A stretch of DNA of 64,000 nt, taken from IMG/VR virus record IMGVR_UViG_3300042197_000370; one strand, 5' to 3'. Shown here in pieces: positions 56,453 to 64,000 of this stretch. This stretch comes from a virus. Both the position numbers and the translations under genes were made by a program. The notes below the pieces were generated by a model. The model had not been told where the DNA came from. It was given only the letters and a program-made list of their open reading frames with translations, and did not search any database. Each line of letters opens with the position of its first letter. Position 1 is the first letter of the stretch.

Positions 56453-56664
56453 TTTAATTTAAGCCATATAGCATATTTTTCATCTACAAAGTTAAGTCGC
56501 ACTTGTTTAGCAGTTAGCAAATTGTATTGATCATCATAAGTAGGTTGTTCATATGCAAATGTGTAGTCCGCATTTTTTACTAACTTCCACTCATCAATAA
56601 TCTTGAGTATATCATACATCTCATTGATATGTGATATCTCTATTACACATTCAGTCATTGCCAT
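56443..56664 (-). CDS. Small paralogue family member
   Basis: LNFVDEKYAIWLKLKW. Confidence 0.7.
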   Translation of the reverse strand: MAMTECVIEISHINEMYDILKIIDEWKLVKNADYTFAYEQPTYDDQYNLLTAKQVRLNFVDEKYAIWLKLKWE

Positions 56665-56888
56665 CTTAACTTAAACATGATACAATCACGTTCATATCTG
56701 AATTTTACTTCAGCATACGATTCATACCAACGCCAACGTGCATGGCGATAAGGCATGTCAACGTTGTCACGTAGCCAGTCAAGAATATCAAAATATTTCT
56801 CATGGTCATCATTTATCAAATCTACAACTACTAGATGCCAACTTGAATTATCCCAATACTCAAAATTTAATCTTTCAGTATGCTCCAT
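56655..56888 (-). CDS. Small paralogue family member
   Basis: ILDWLRDNV...VKFRYERDCIMFKLRW. Confidence 0.75.
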   Translation of the reverse strand: MEHTERLNFEYWDNSSWHLVVVDLINDDHEKYFDILDWLRDNVDMPYRHARWRWYESYAEVKFRYERDCIMFKLRWQ

Positions 56889-57217
56889 ACTAATTGTTTA
56901 TCCAAACACTCTGCTATTTTATCTGCTTCTTCTTTTGTTCTAGCGATCACACCTAATACAACATGACGCTTTTGTATTGCATCGGCTAAATAACCTTGAT
57001 AGTTCTGATAAAAATTAAGACTATCGATATACAATACATCCCAACCATCAAGACGTTGTATCATTAATCTAGCAATGTCTACATCACATTTTTCAAACAG
57101 AAATCGTATTAACTTATCAAATCCATCACGTGTATGTATAGGTGTAAACTTATCAGTTGGCCATGTTACTGTCCAACCTTTAGGTGTTTCTTGTATGATG
57201 AATGGACTTACTGACAT
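56867..57217 (-). CDS. Hypothetical protein
   Basis: 116-aa ORF in an overlapping operon. Confidence 0.7.
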   Translation of the reverse strand: MSVSPFIIQETPKGWTVTWPTDKFTPIHTRDGFDKLIRFLFEKCDVDIARLMIQRLDGWDVLYIDSLNFYQNYQGYLADAIQKRHVVLGVIARTKEEADKIAECLDKQLVWSILKD

Positions 57218-57417
57218 GCTAAACTAAAGAATATCGCATCACGTTCTTCTTTAAAGATAAACTCCATGTAATCTTCATTAGGATGCGTAATAAACTTGTC
57301 TCCCGGTAAACCAAATGTTTCTAGTGCATAGGCACATTTCTCGTCCCATCTGCTAATGGTATCACCATTCTTCCAATCTATTCTTACCGTATGTTTAAAT
57401 TCAGTATCCCGTTTCAC
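57208..57417 (-). CDS. Small paralogue family member
   Basis: ALETFG...FIFKEERDAIFFSL. Confidence 0.75.
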   Translation of the reverse strand: MKRDTEFKHTVRIDWKNGDTISRWDEKCAYALETFGLPGDKFITHPNEDYMEFIFKEERDAIFFSLACQ

Positions 57418-58129
57418 GTAATACTTCCTTAACTTGTTTTACAACTTCTGGGTTACGTTTGAATTTGACTGCCCACAATTCAGGATTAATATAATCAACT
57501 ATCATTTTCACCTGTGTCTCGTCTAGTTCATCTAAAAACTGTTTACCACTTTCACTCTGATATAGCATCCATGGACTAATTTTACCTGTAGTAATAGCAT
57601 AACAAATTCTATTACGATTACCATATCTTAAAATATCTTTAGTAGAAATTTTTTCAGTAGGTGACATATTTATTAGTGTTTCTAAACTACGTGCAATAGC
57701 ATCCATTGCATCTTCTTCACGTAGATAACTTACTAGGAACTTTGTATAGTTTGTATCACTATTCCAGTTATCAATCTTTATTTTATTGTTAAGCAACCAA
57801 TCAATATACCTGCTCACATTAACAACATTAACATCGGCACAATACGTACCAAATTTAACAAAGGCTATGTAATACGAACTTTTAATGAAGTCCGTATAAT
57901 CACGTTTCTTTTTTGTAGCAGTGTTCTTTGTATAGAACTGTAGCCATGATTGGAATCCTATACGATTGCCTTGCTTATCTTTATCCTGCCATCTACGTTT
58001 AGATTCACAGATATGATTAAAGACCGTGGACTCACGCAAGAATGTGCGTCCACAAAACTCGCAACCAAACTCTTTAGTTGCCGCTATCTTTTTCGTATTG
58101 TTCGATTTCACTATTGCTAACGATGCCAT
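57401..58129 (-). CDS. Zinc-finger protein
   Basis: FGCEFCGRTFLRESTVFNHIC C2H(C/H) finger. Confidence 0.75.
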   Translation of the reverse strand: MASLAIVKSNNTKKIAATKEFGCEFCGRTFLRESTVFNHICESKRRWQDKDKQGNRIGFQSWLQFYTKNTATKKKRDYTDFIKSSYYIAFVKFGTYCADVNVVNVSRYIDWLLNNKIKIDNWNSDTNYTKFLVSYLREEDAMDAIARSLETLINMSPTEKISTKDILRYGNRNRICYAITTGKISPWMLYQSESGKQFLDELDETQVKMIVDYINPELWAVKFKRNPEVVKQVKEVLRETGY

Positions 58130-58664
58130 TCAATATCTCAATCTCATCAAATTTTAAATTGGGGAATTTCTGTGCAAGATATACCTTGCGTGATTGTTCT
58201 TCGACAAAAGCCTGTGCTAACTCTTTGTGCGTATCCTCAGACTCTTTAGGATATATCTTACTGTAATATTCTTTAACGTCTTTAACTGTTGCCTTGTCTT
58301 TGAGTTTACTTACACGTTCTTTAATCTGAGGTATCCAAGGATGAAATTGTTTACCTTGTCCTAACCCAGCCGCACATAGCATCATCCATTGCAATTTAGG
58401 ATGATTGCCTACATTCTCATTGAACATATGCTTATTAGCAAACTCTTGGGTACTCAATAAATGAAACTGCTGTAACGCTGAACTTGATTTGACTGTGCTA
58501 GCATAGTGCAGTAACATCCATGGCACAAACTTCTTTTGTTGTTCGGGGGTAAGTCTATCATAGTACCCATAATCTTTATTATCGATTGCATTGATCGCCT
58601 CAAAGAGTGGAAAGTCTACATTCTGAAATTTTTCGTCTGCTGGAGTCGAAGTTTTCTTTGCCAT
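58074..58664 (-). CDS. Clamp-loader small subunit (gp62-like)
   Basis: LFEAINAIDNKD, FVPWMLLHYAS, NEFANKH-like QEFANKH, HPKLQW pattern. Confidence 0.65.
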   Translation of the reverse strand: MAKKTSTPADEKFQNVDFPLFEAINAIDNKDYGYYDRLTPEQQKKFVPWMLLHYASTVKSSSALQQFHLLSTQEFANKHMFNENVGNHPKLQWMMLCAAGLGQGKQFHPWIPQIKERVSKLKDKATVKDVKEYYSKIYPKESEDTHKELAQAFVEEQSRKVYLAQKFPNLKFDEIEILNGIVSNSEIEQYEKDSGN

Positions 58665-59164
58665 TAAAACACCTGACTATAATCTACGATTTCACAATTT
58701 CTACTAATCTCTTTTACAAAGTAAACACATCTGGGTTTAGGACCATCATCAATGGGTACTGCTAGAAATTGTCCGTTACGTAGTCGGGGCGCATACCAAG
58801 TAACGTCATGATAGATATCCATAATCTCAATAGGTAAGAAACTAGGATTAAAACTGCTTAACGGATTAAACTCAAATACACTAAAGCCTCTGTCGTTCAA
58901 ACTAGATAGTGGTAATGTTTCTAGGTCGCCGTGATCCTTTTCACCAATCAATACTTGCCAATCTACGGGCATCTTAATTGAACGATTACCTATTCTTAAT
59001 ACTAGTGCAGGGCTACTGAAACTCTCTAAAAAGATTAATGGAATATAATGATAATCTACATTCTGCGGATTACTGTTATCCATTATAGCGAAACGAAGGT
59101 CGTCAATTTCTTCTGGCAACGTTTCTAAATTATAGTGTATGTTTTCTAAGGTTAATATTCTCAT
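58664..59164 (-). CDS. Conserved protein, possible degenerate Hint fold
   Basis: LVLRIGNRSIKMPVDWQVL (block-B-like), IEIMDIYHDVTWY (block-F-like). Confidence 0.35.
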   Translation of the reverse strand: MRILTLENIHYNLETLPEEIDDLRFAIMDNSNPQNVDYHYIPLIFLESFSSPALVLRIGNRSIKMPVDWQVLIGEKDHGDLETLPLSSLNDRGFSVFEFNPLSSFNPSFLPIEIMDIYHDVTWYAPRLRNGQFLAVPIDDGPKPRCVYFVKEISRNCEIVDYSQVF

Positions 59165-59170
59165 TTGATT

Positions 59171-59199
59171 ATTCTATCATGTTTATTCTTAGTAGTCAA
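59171..59199 (-). promoter_or_regulatory. sigma70-type promoter
   Basis: TTGACT-N17-TAGAAT, 6 nt to ATG 59164. Confidence 0.75.
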
Positions 59200-60643
59200 G
59201 TTTTTCCAAACTAAATGGATAGTTTGCTTCCTTGTAATATGCTTTTCTTTGTGTTAAGTGTCGTTTGGCAAACTTGCAGTCACTAGTTATATCCCAAATC
59301 TCTACATGGTCCTTATCTTCAGCCTTTCTAATGCCTCGTCCAATACTTTGTATAACGCGGACAAAGCTCTTTCCGGGCTCAATAAGAACCAAATTAAAAA
59401 TCCTAGGGATATTAATACCCACACTGGCCACACCATAAGTCGCCACAATAATCTTGTTAGCACTAGTCTTAACTTCATCATATTCCTCTTTGCGTTCTGT
59501 CAATTTTGTTTCACCTGATATGAATACACTATCAGGTAGTCTATCAATTAGTTCTTTACCTGCGTTTACACGGTCTACTAGTACTAATGTATTACCACTA
59601 TCTTTAATCTTGTCAATCAACTGTGCAATTTTATCTAATCGTTTTTCATCTTCAAGCAAATGCTTAAGTTCACTTTGATAATTACTGAACTCTGCGCCGT
59701 CTTTTAACTGTACAATGTTCACGTGACATTGCGCCAATACACCCTTATCCTGTAACTCACTTGCACTTAACTTATTAATAACAGGACCTAAACTTACAAG
59801 TAGTGCAGTCTTTTCAAACTCTGCCTTAGGTATCGTTCCAGTAAGTCCCCATCGAATAGGTACATGACTGAATACCCCTGTCAACAATGTCTTAAGTGCA
59901 TCAGCCTTAGCCATATGGACCTCGTCAACAATCAAGCAAACTACGTTCTCAATAAATTCACCAATGGATACATCAGCATCACCTGACTTTGTATTCTTTA
60001 GCAAATTGTTAAGACTTTGCCATGTGCATATAGTGTGTGTCTTTCCAAATTCTTTGCGATCACCAAAGTACACACCTACATCTAAACCCATATTGATATA
60101 GTCTGCTTCTGTTTGTGTTACTAAACTTTTATTAGGCACAATGACAATACTACGCCCATAATACTCAATGCTTTTTGATAGTGCCGCAGTCATAATAGTC
60201 TTACCTGCGCCTGTAGCAACTTCTTGTAACGATTGTGGATTGGCTAAAAAGTTGTTAACAATCTCTACTTGATAGTCACGTAACATGATTGGCTTACCTG
60301 CCATTACATGATCCTTAGGCCAAGTTTTATCTGCAAATGAATCCTCGGACACCTGAGCGAAATTGAATGTTGTTTGGTACTCTCGCATATCATGCAATGA
60401 TATGTCATAATCGTATTGCTCTAATATGGGTACGATATCAGTAAGTAAATTAATATAACTGCTACCACCTAAACTAAAGAAACTTACCTTGCCGTTCCAA
60501 CGACCTAACTTGACGCTAGGTAAATATCTTGCACCGGGCACATCATATTCAAATTTCTTCATGCATGCTCTACGTGCATCAAGTTCTAGACCCTCAATTT
60601 TTACATTGACTTCATCTTTAATTATTATTTTTGCTTCTCTCAT
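59189..60643 (-). CDS. uvsW: UvsW-like SF2 DNA helicase
   Basis: LRDYQ, ATGAGKT, DEVH, GLTGT, QSIGRGIR. Confidence 0.92.
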   Translation of the reverse strand: MREAKIIIKDEVNVKIEGLELDARRACMKKFEYDVPGARYLPSVKLGRWNGKVSFFSLGGSSYINLLTDIVPILEQYDYDISLHDMREYQTTFNFAQVSEDSFADKTWPKDHVMAGKPIMLRDYQVEIVNNFLANPQSLQEVATGAGKTIMTAALSKSIEYYGRSIVIVPNKSLVTQTEADYINMGLDVGVYFGDRKEFGKTHTICTWQSLNNLLKNTKSGDADVSIGEFIENVVCLIVDEVHMAKADALKTLLTGVFSHVPIRWGLTGTIPKAEFEKTALLVSLGPVINKLSASELQDKGVLAQCHVNIVQLKDGAEFSNYQSELKHLLEDEKRLDKIAQLIDKIKDSGNTLVLVDRVNAGKELIDRLPDSVFISGETKLTERKEEYDEVKTSANKIIVATYGVASVGINIPRIFNLVLIEPGKSFVRVIQSIGRGIRKAEDKDHVEIWDITSDCKFAKRHLTQRKAYYKEANYPFSLEKLDY

Positions 60644-61653
60644 TTTACGTTTACCGGCCTTGAAATTTGTAATTTAATATATTTGGATAGTCGTTTACCT
60701 TTGTGGTGAGGTAGGTAATCTGTGGTATCTGTTAATTTTAGCATCACGGGATTTATTGCATCATCGTCAGTGTAAAATTTAGGATTAGTACTGACTGATA
60801 TATTTAGCGACTCAATCATGCTTGTTATCTCTCTTCGGGTATTTGCACCGCTAAGTCCACGCCCAAAATATACCATGTCTACATCAAGTTCCTTTAACCA
60901 TACTAGAACTGTGGATAGGTTATCCAAATCAATAACAGTATTGAATTCAGATGCAAATATCTTTTTAGGATCATCACATGTTATAGACTTATCAATCGTA
61001 ATACCATATTGCGATAAGTTAAATAATGTTTTAGGATTGTCATCAAAGTTTAAATCCTTTATATGATCGTATAGATATTGATTGATGGCTCCAACATAAT
61101 AATTACCATTGGATTTTAAATATGTGGGCTTCCACACATCTGCCTCATAAGGTACTACTTGATTTAGTAACTCTATTACCTCAATACTGTAAGTTGTTGA
61201 TTTAAAATATTTAGGCAATATAGTATTAGCAATCTTTAATGCATATGTGCTAAGTGGTGCTATATATTTTTTGTCATTCCTATTCCATTCGAATGAATTG
61301 TTTTCCATACTACGGAAATCAGAAATGAAATGTTTATTGAATGGAACCTTAAGCACTAAATTATTGCCCAATAAGAACACTTGTGCTCCTGTAAATTCGG
61401 GTGTGCTTTCTACGACAGGAGTGGTCCATGGAAGAGATTTTAACTCTTCTTTATCGAACCCCACTTTGCTAAACTGTTTGGAATACTTACTGATTAATTT
61501 TTCAAACAATGCTTTTTGGTTTGTTGTTATTCTATGAAACTTAGCAATCAAGTATTCCAAATTGTGTAGGAACTTTTGATCATAGGTGCTTAGTTTAATT
61601 TCATGGTTCAAAAAATAATGTAGTAGATGTTCTTTGGACGCTAATTTCAACAT
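60640..61653 (-). CDS. Conserved protein with possible HARP-like domain
   Basis: LKVPFNKHFISDFR..FEWNRNDKKY; start moved to ATG 61653 (promoter TTGCTT-N17-TATTAT lies 6 nt upstream). Confidence 0.55.
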   Translation of the reverse strand: MLKLASKEHLLHYFLNHEIKLSTYDQKFLHNLEYLIAKFHRITTNQKALFEKLISKYSKQFSKVGFDKEELKSLPWTTPVVESTPEFTGAQVFLLGNNLVLKVPFNKHFISDFRSMENNSFEWNRNDKKYIAPLSTYALKIANTILPKYFKSTTYSIEVIELLNQVVPYEADVWKPTYLKSNGNYYVGAINQYLYDHIKDLNFDDNPKTLFNLSQYGITIDKSITCDDPKKIFASEFNTVIDLDNLSTVLVWLKELDVDMVYFGRGLSGANTRREITSMIESLNISVSTNPKFYTDDDAINPVMLKLTDTTDYLPHHKGKRLSKYIKLQISRPVNVK

Positions 61654-61700
61654 CCTATAATAATAACAATTATCAGTAAGAAAAGCAAGTATAAAGGCAA

Positions 61701-61726
61701 AAAAAGGGGACCGAAGTCCCCTTTTT
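61701..61726. terminator. Intrinsic terminator (bidirectional form)
   Basis: AAAAAGGGGAC-CGAA-GTCCCCTTTTT. Confidence 0.9.
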
Positions 61727-61743
61727 GTTGATTGAATCAACTG

Positions 61744-62781
61744 TTAGCGTTGACGCATAACAGTATTCTCAGCAAGCATCTTCCAGTTAGATTCGGACAC
61801 TTTGACAAGGTCCGCAATCTTGAGGGCCATACGCAATGACAACTCACGCAACTTTGCCTTCTTGTCCCACATGAAGTTCAATACATCATTAGCCTGCTCT
61901 TCAGTGAAATCATAGTCCTTGAACAGACCACCTGTATCAGTACTGTCACGATGGACCTGCTTGATACGCAACATCTTGTCACGCTCACTATCAACAGTAA
62001 GGTCCAAAAAGTGACAACGTGACTGCAACGCCTCAAGATGGTCTTGCATCTTCTTAGACTTGACGTTCTCAAACTTCAAGTTAGTAATAAAGATAGCACT
62101 ACCCTTGAATTCGAAACTGTCAGGGATGCCTTCACGGCGAAGCAAACTAGAATCACTATTCCAGCAAATCTTGCGGCGCTTGCCACTGTCAAGTGCGGCC
62201 TTGAGAATGTTCAATGATAACTCATCACCAAAAACGCTGTCGCAGTCATCGAACACTAGCACGTTCTTAGCATCACTATACTTGTACAATTGAGCATAGA
62301 GGCCCAGTGCAGTCATAGCACCCTTGACAATTTCATAGCGAATACGCTTGCCAGCAATCTTGTCAAACATCACTGCCTTTTCTAATTGCTGTTCGACACC
62401 AAATGACTTGCCGACACCCGGGGGACCTGACACAATCATTGCGCGGATATCACCGTTGATACATGCGCGGCTCATTTCATCAAGAATCGCAAAACGTGTG
62501 CCAATGCGATCCATAGCCTGCTCATCAGTTTCCTGTACTGCCGGCGCTTTCTTAAATTCTACTGTCTGTGACAAAACGGGTTCCCCTTCTTTAAATTCAA
62601 TATCGTTAATACTATCCACCTTGACCTTCACCACATCAATAGCGATGGGAAATTGGCCCTCGTTTTTAACTGTAACATAGTTACCTTTTTTACCTGTCTG
62701 AAAACCCTTAACAAGAGTGAAAGACTGGTTCACAACTGGCTTGTTGCGATACTCACCAAATTTAACAAGAATCGTTGACAT
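61744..62781 (-). CDS. P-loop/AAA ATPase
   Basis: SGPPGVGKS, LVFDDCD, FITN, SRC; start at MSTILV. Confidence 0.85.
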   Translation of the reverse strand: MSTILVKFGEYRNKPVVNQSFTLVKGFQTGKKGNYVTVKNEGQFPIAIDVVKVKVDSINDIEFKEGEPVLSQTVEFKKAPAVQETDEQAMDRIGTRFAILDEMSRACINGDIRAMIVSGPPGVGKSFGVEQQLEKAVMFDKIAGKRIRYEIVKGAMTALGLYAQLYKYSDAKNVLVFDDCDSVFGDELSLNILKAALDSGKRRKICWNSDSSLLRREGIPDSFEFKGSAIFITNLKFENVKSKKMQDHLEALQSRCHFLDLTVDSERDKMLRIKQVHRDSTDTGGLFKDYDFTEEQANDVLNFMWDKKAKLRELSLRMALKIADLVKVSESNWKMLAENTVMRQR

Positions 62782-62816
62782 GTAATTAGTCCTGTGTTTC
62801 AGTTTCAATACTACGT

Positions 62817-62845
62817 ATTATATAGCCAATCCGATTTATTGTCAA
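62817..62845 (-). promoter_or_regulatory. Early promoter P1
   Basis: TTGACA-ataaatcggattggcta-TATAAT. Confidence 0.9.
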
Positions 62846-63015
62846 GCCGGGGCAAACATTTTTGCGCCCTCGGCCATAATGACACGGTACGCTTCCATAG
62901 TTTTTATGGGCTGAGCCAATGGGTTCTTTTGAATGAATTGCATGGTTTCCAAGAAACCCAAACCCAAAAATTCTGCTTCTTTTCCAATCACTTTAATCGC
63001 TGTTTCGATCTTCAT
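62842..63015 (-). CDS. 57-aa early protein
   Basis: Not in the track. MKIETAIKVIGKEAEFLGLGFLETMQFIQKNPLAQPIKTMEAYRVIMAEGAKMFAPA; GGAG SD. Confidence 0.8.
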   Translation of the reverse strand: MKIETAIKVIGKEAEFLGLGFLETMQFIQKNPLAQPIKTMEAYRVIMAEGAKMFAPA

Positions 63016-63048
63016 TTTTTGCTCCGTTTCTCAACTGTCAATACATGT

Positions 63049-63077
63049 ATTATACGCCCAAATCGATTTATTGTCAA
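63049..63077 (-). promoter_or_regulatory. Early promoter P2
   Basis: TTGACA-ataaatcgatttgggcg-TATAAT. Confidence 0.9.
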
Positions 63078-63108
63078 GCCTTTTTCCATAGAAAAAAGCC
63101 TATATAAA

Positions 63109-63318
63109 TCAACGACTTAGCGCGGCGAACACTTGGTCCTTGAGAGCAGAGGCCTCGTCATGGGGTACATAAAAATCCGTAGTAGGATCATAGTACTTAC
63201 CCTCTTTCACATCGTAGTAGAGGACCCTACCGCTGGGGTAGAAAAAGGGACCTTCCAATCCCTTCCGAGGTTGCCATTTACGTTCCAACTCTGAGAGAAC
63301 CCTGTAGCCCATAATCAA
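63109..63318 (-). CDS. Small early hypothetical protein
   Basis: GLEGPFFY..GRVLYYDVKEGKYYDP. Confidence 0.8.
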   Translation of the reverse strand: MIMGYRVLSELERKWQPRKGLEGPFFYPSGRVLYYDVKEGKYYDPTTDFYVPHDEASALKDQVFAALSR

Positions 63319-63782
63319 GCCGCCTTATTCAGATAAGTTTCCACATCCTTACTATCAACAACGTCACCGTTGCGCATAGTATAGGTCACAACATAATTCT
63401 CACGGTCACCGCCCATGAGCATGTCATACCCTTCGGTCTTGCTAGCAACCTCGGCCCGCATGAAACTATACTCATCGTTAACTACAGTACGGCGTGCGAC
63501 CCAACGACCTTGTTCCCAGTACAGGTTGAACGGGGTCTCCCAAGGTTCAGCCACGACAACATCATCATCGAGGAACGCCCAATTCTGAACATACTCCTCG
63601 AACATAGGGCTAAACGATTCGATGAGGGCTGTGAGGGTGGGGATACCCGTGTCCTTGATTTTGAGGACTTGCTCGACCGTCAAGTTAGGGACGATATAAG
63701 TCTCACCGCCCTTAAACTTCCAGTAGGGGTTAGTAGCATCACCGTAGTTTTCGCGGATTTGAGTGTTGATAACGATTTTCAT
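63315..63782 (-). CDS. Early hypothetical protein
   Basis: MKIVINTQIRENYG..YWKFKGG; GGAG SD. Confidence 0.8.
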   Translation of the reverse strand: MKIVINTQIRENYGDATNPYWKFKGGETYIVPNLTVEQVLKIKDTGIPTLTALIESFSPMFEEYVQNWAFLDDDVVVAEPWETPFNLYWEQGRWVARRTVVNDEYSFMRAEVASKTEGYDMLMGGDRENYVVTYTMRNGDVVDSKDVETYLNKAA

Positions 63783-63814
63783 ATCTGCTCCGTTGTTTGA
63801 CTGTCTAAGCCTCT

Positions 63815-63843
63815 ATTATATGCCCAAATCGATTATTTGTCAA
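63815..63843 (-). promoter_or_regulatory. Early promoter P3
   Basis: TTGACA-aataatcgatttgggca-TATAAT. Confidence 0.9.
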
Positions 63844-64000
63844 CCGATCACTATTACACGGGGTTCGGTTTCACGATCCATGAAATGATTGCCCTGCAGG
63901 GGAGCGGTGAAGAAATCTACGGGCTTTGAACGGCGATCATTCTCACCGCACCAAACCCGCTTGATAAACTCTGCACGGAACGTGCCGTCCATCTTGCTGA
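63840..64000 (-). CDS. Early hypothetical protein, 3' part
   Basis: Open frame ..SKMDGTFRAEFIKRVWCGENDRRSKPVDFFTAPLQGNHFMDRETEPRVIVIG* entering from the window end. Confidence 0.65.
   Translation of the reverse strand, partial: SKMDGTFRAEFIKRVWCGENDRRSKPVDFFTAPLQGNHFMDRETEPRVIVIG

Noticed and set aside
63095-63120. TAAGTCGTTGATTTATATAG as a recombinase (dif/att-like) site
   Set aside because: Single copy, no integrase in the window, and no convincing dyad symmetry.
1-64000. Stop-codon reassignment (TAG/TGA recoding) as in some large phages
   Set aside because: Core genes are full length in code 11 and coding density is high. I saw no in-frame neighbours separated by a single TAG/TGA.
1-64000. 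tRNA/rRNA genes or a host chromosomal (prophage) junction
   Set aside because: No cloverleaf or T-loop signatures were noticed by eye. The host-like genes (def, iscA, groES, phoH) are embedded in phage operons with phage promoters.

Overview
The window is a 64-kb segment of a large lytic T4-like (myovirus, probably jumbo) bacteriophage genome. It is AT-rich, densely coded and mostly on the minus strand. It holds a ~42-kb virion morphogenesis block (6002-48034): baseplate proteins, a GH19 lysozyme, two giant repeat-rich fibres, tail tube and sheath, neck and tail-terminator proteins, and internal head proteins. Replication and host-takeover genes flank the block: clamp-loader subunits, helicase, primase, UvsW, exonucleases, dNMP kinase, MazG, NUDIX, PhoH, GroES, BI-1, IscA and peptide deformylase. 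No capsid, portal, large terminase, family-B polymerase, integrase, tRNA or CRISPR array is visible in the window. Four observations stand out. (1) A DnaE (Pol III alpha) palm is split into two mini-genes 47 kb apart, in permuted order, and the two ends abut in DnaE coordinates. (2) Many genes look leaderless (TAAATA-N4-5-ATG, or sigma70 -10-N6-ATG), and four leadered late genes begin with an AUG mini-ORF plus hairpins. (3) There is a radical SAM-PhyH dioxygenase fusion, and candidate tailoring enzymes are inserted among virion genes, some with late promoters. (4) A ligase-motif protein and protease-site polyproteins may be packaged in the head. All family assignments come from motif recognition by eye; no database searches were run.
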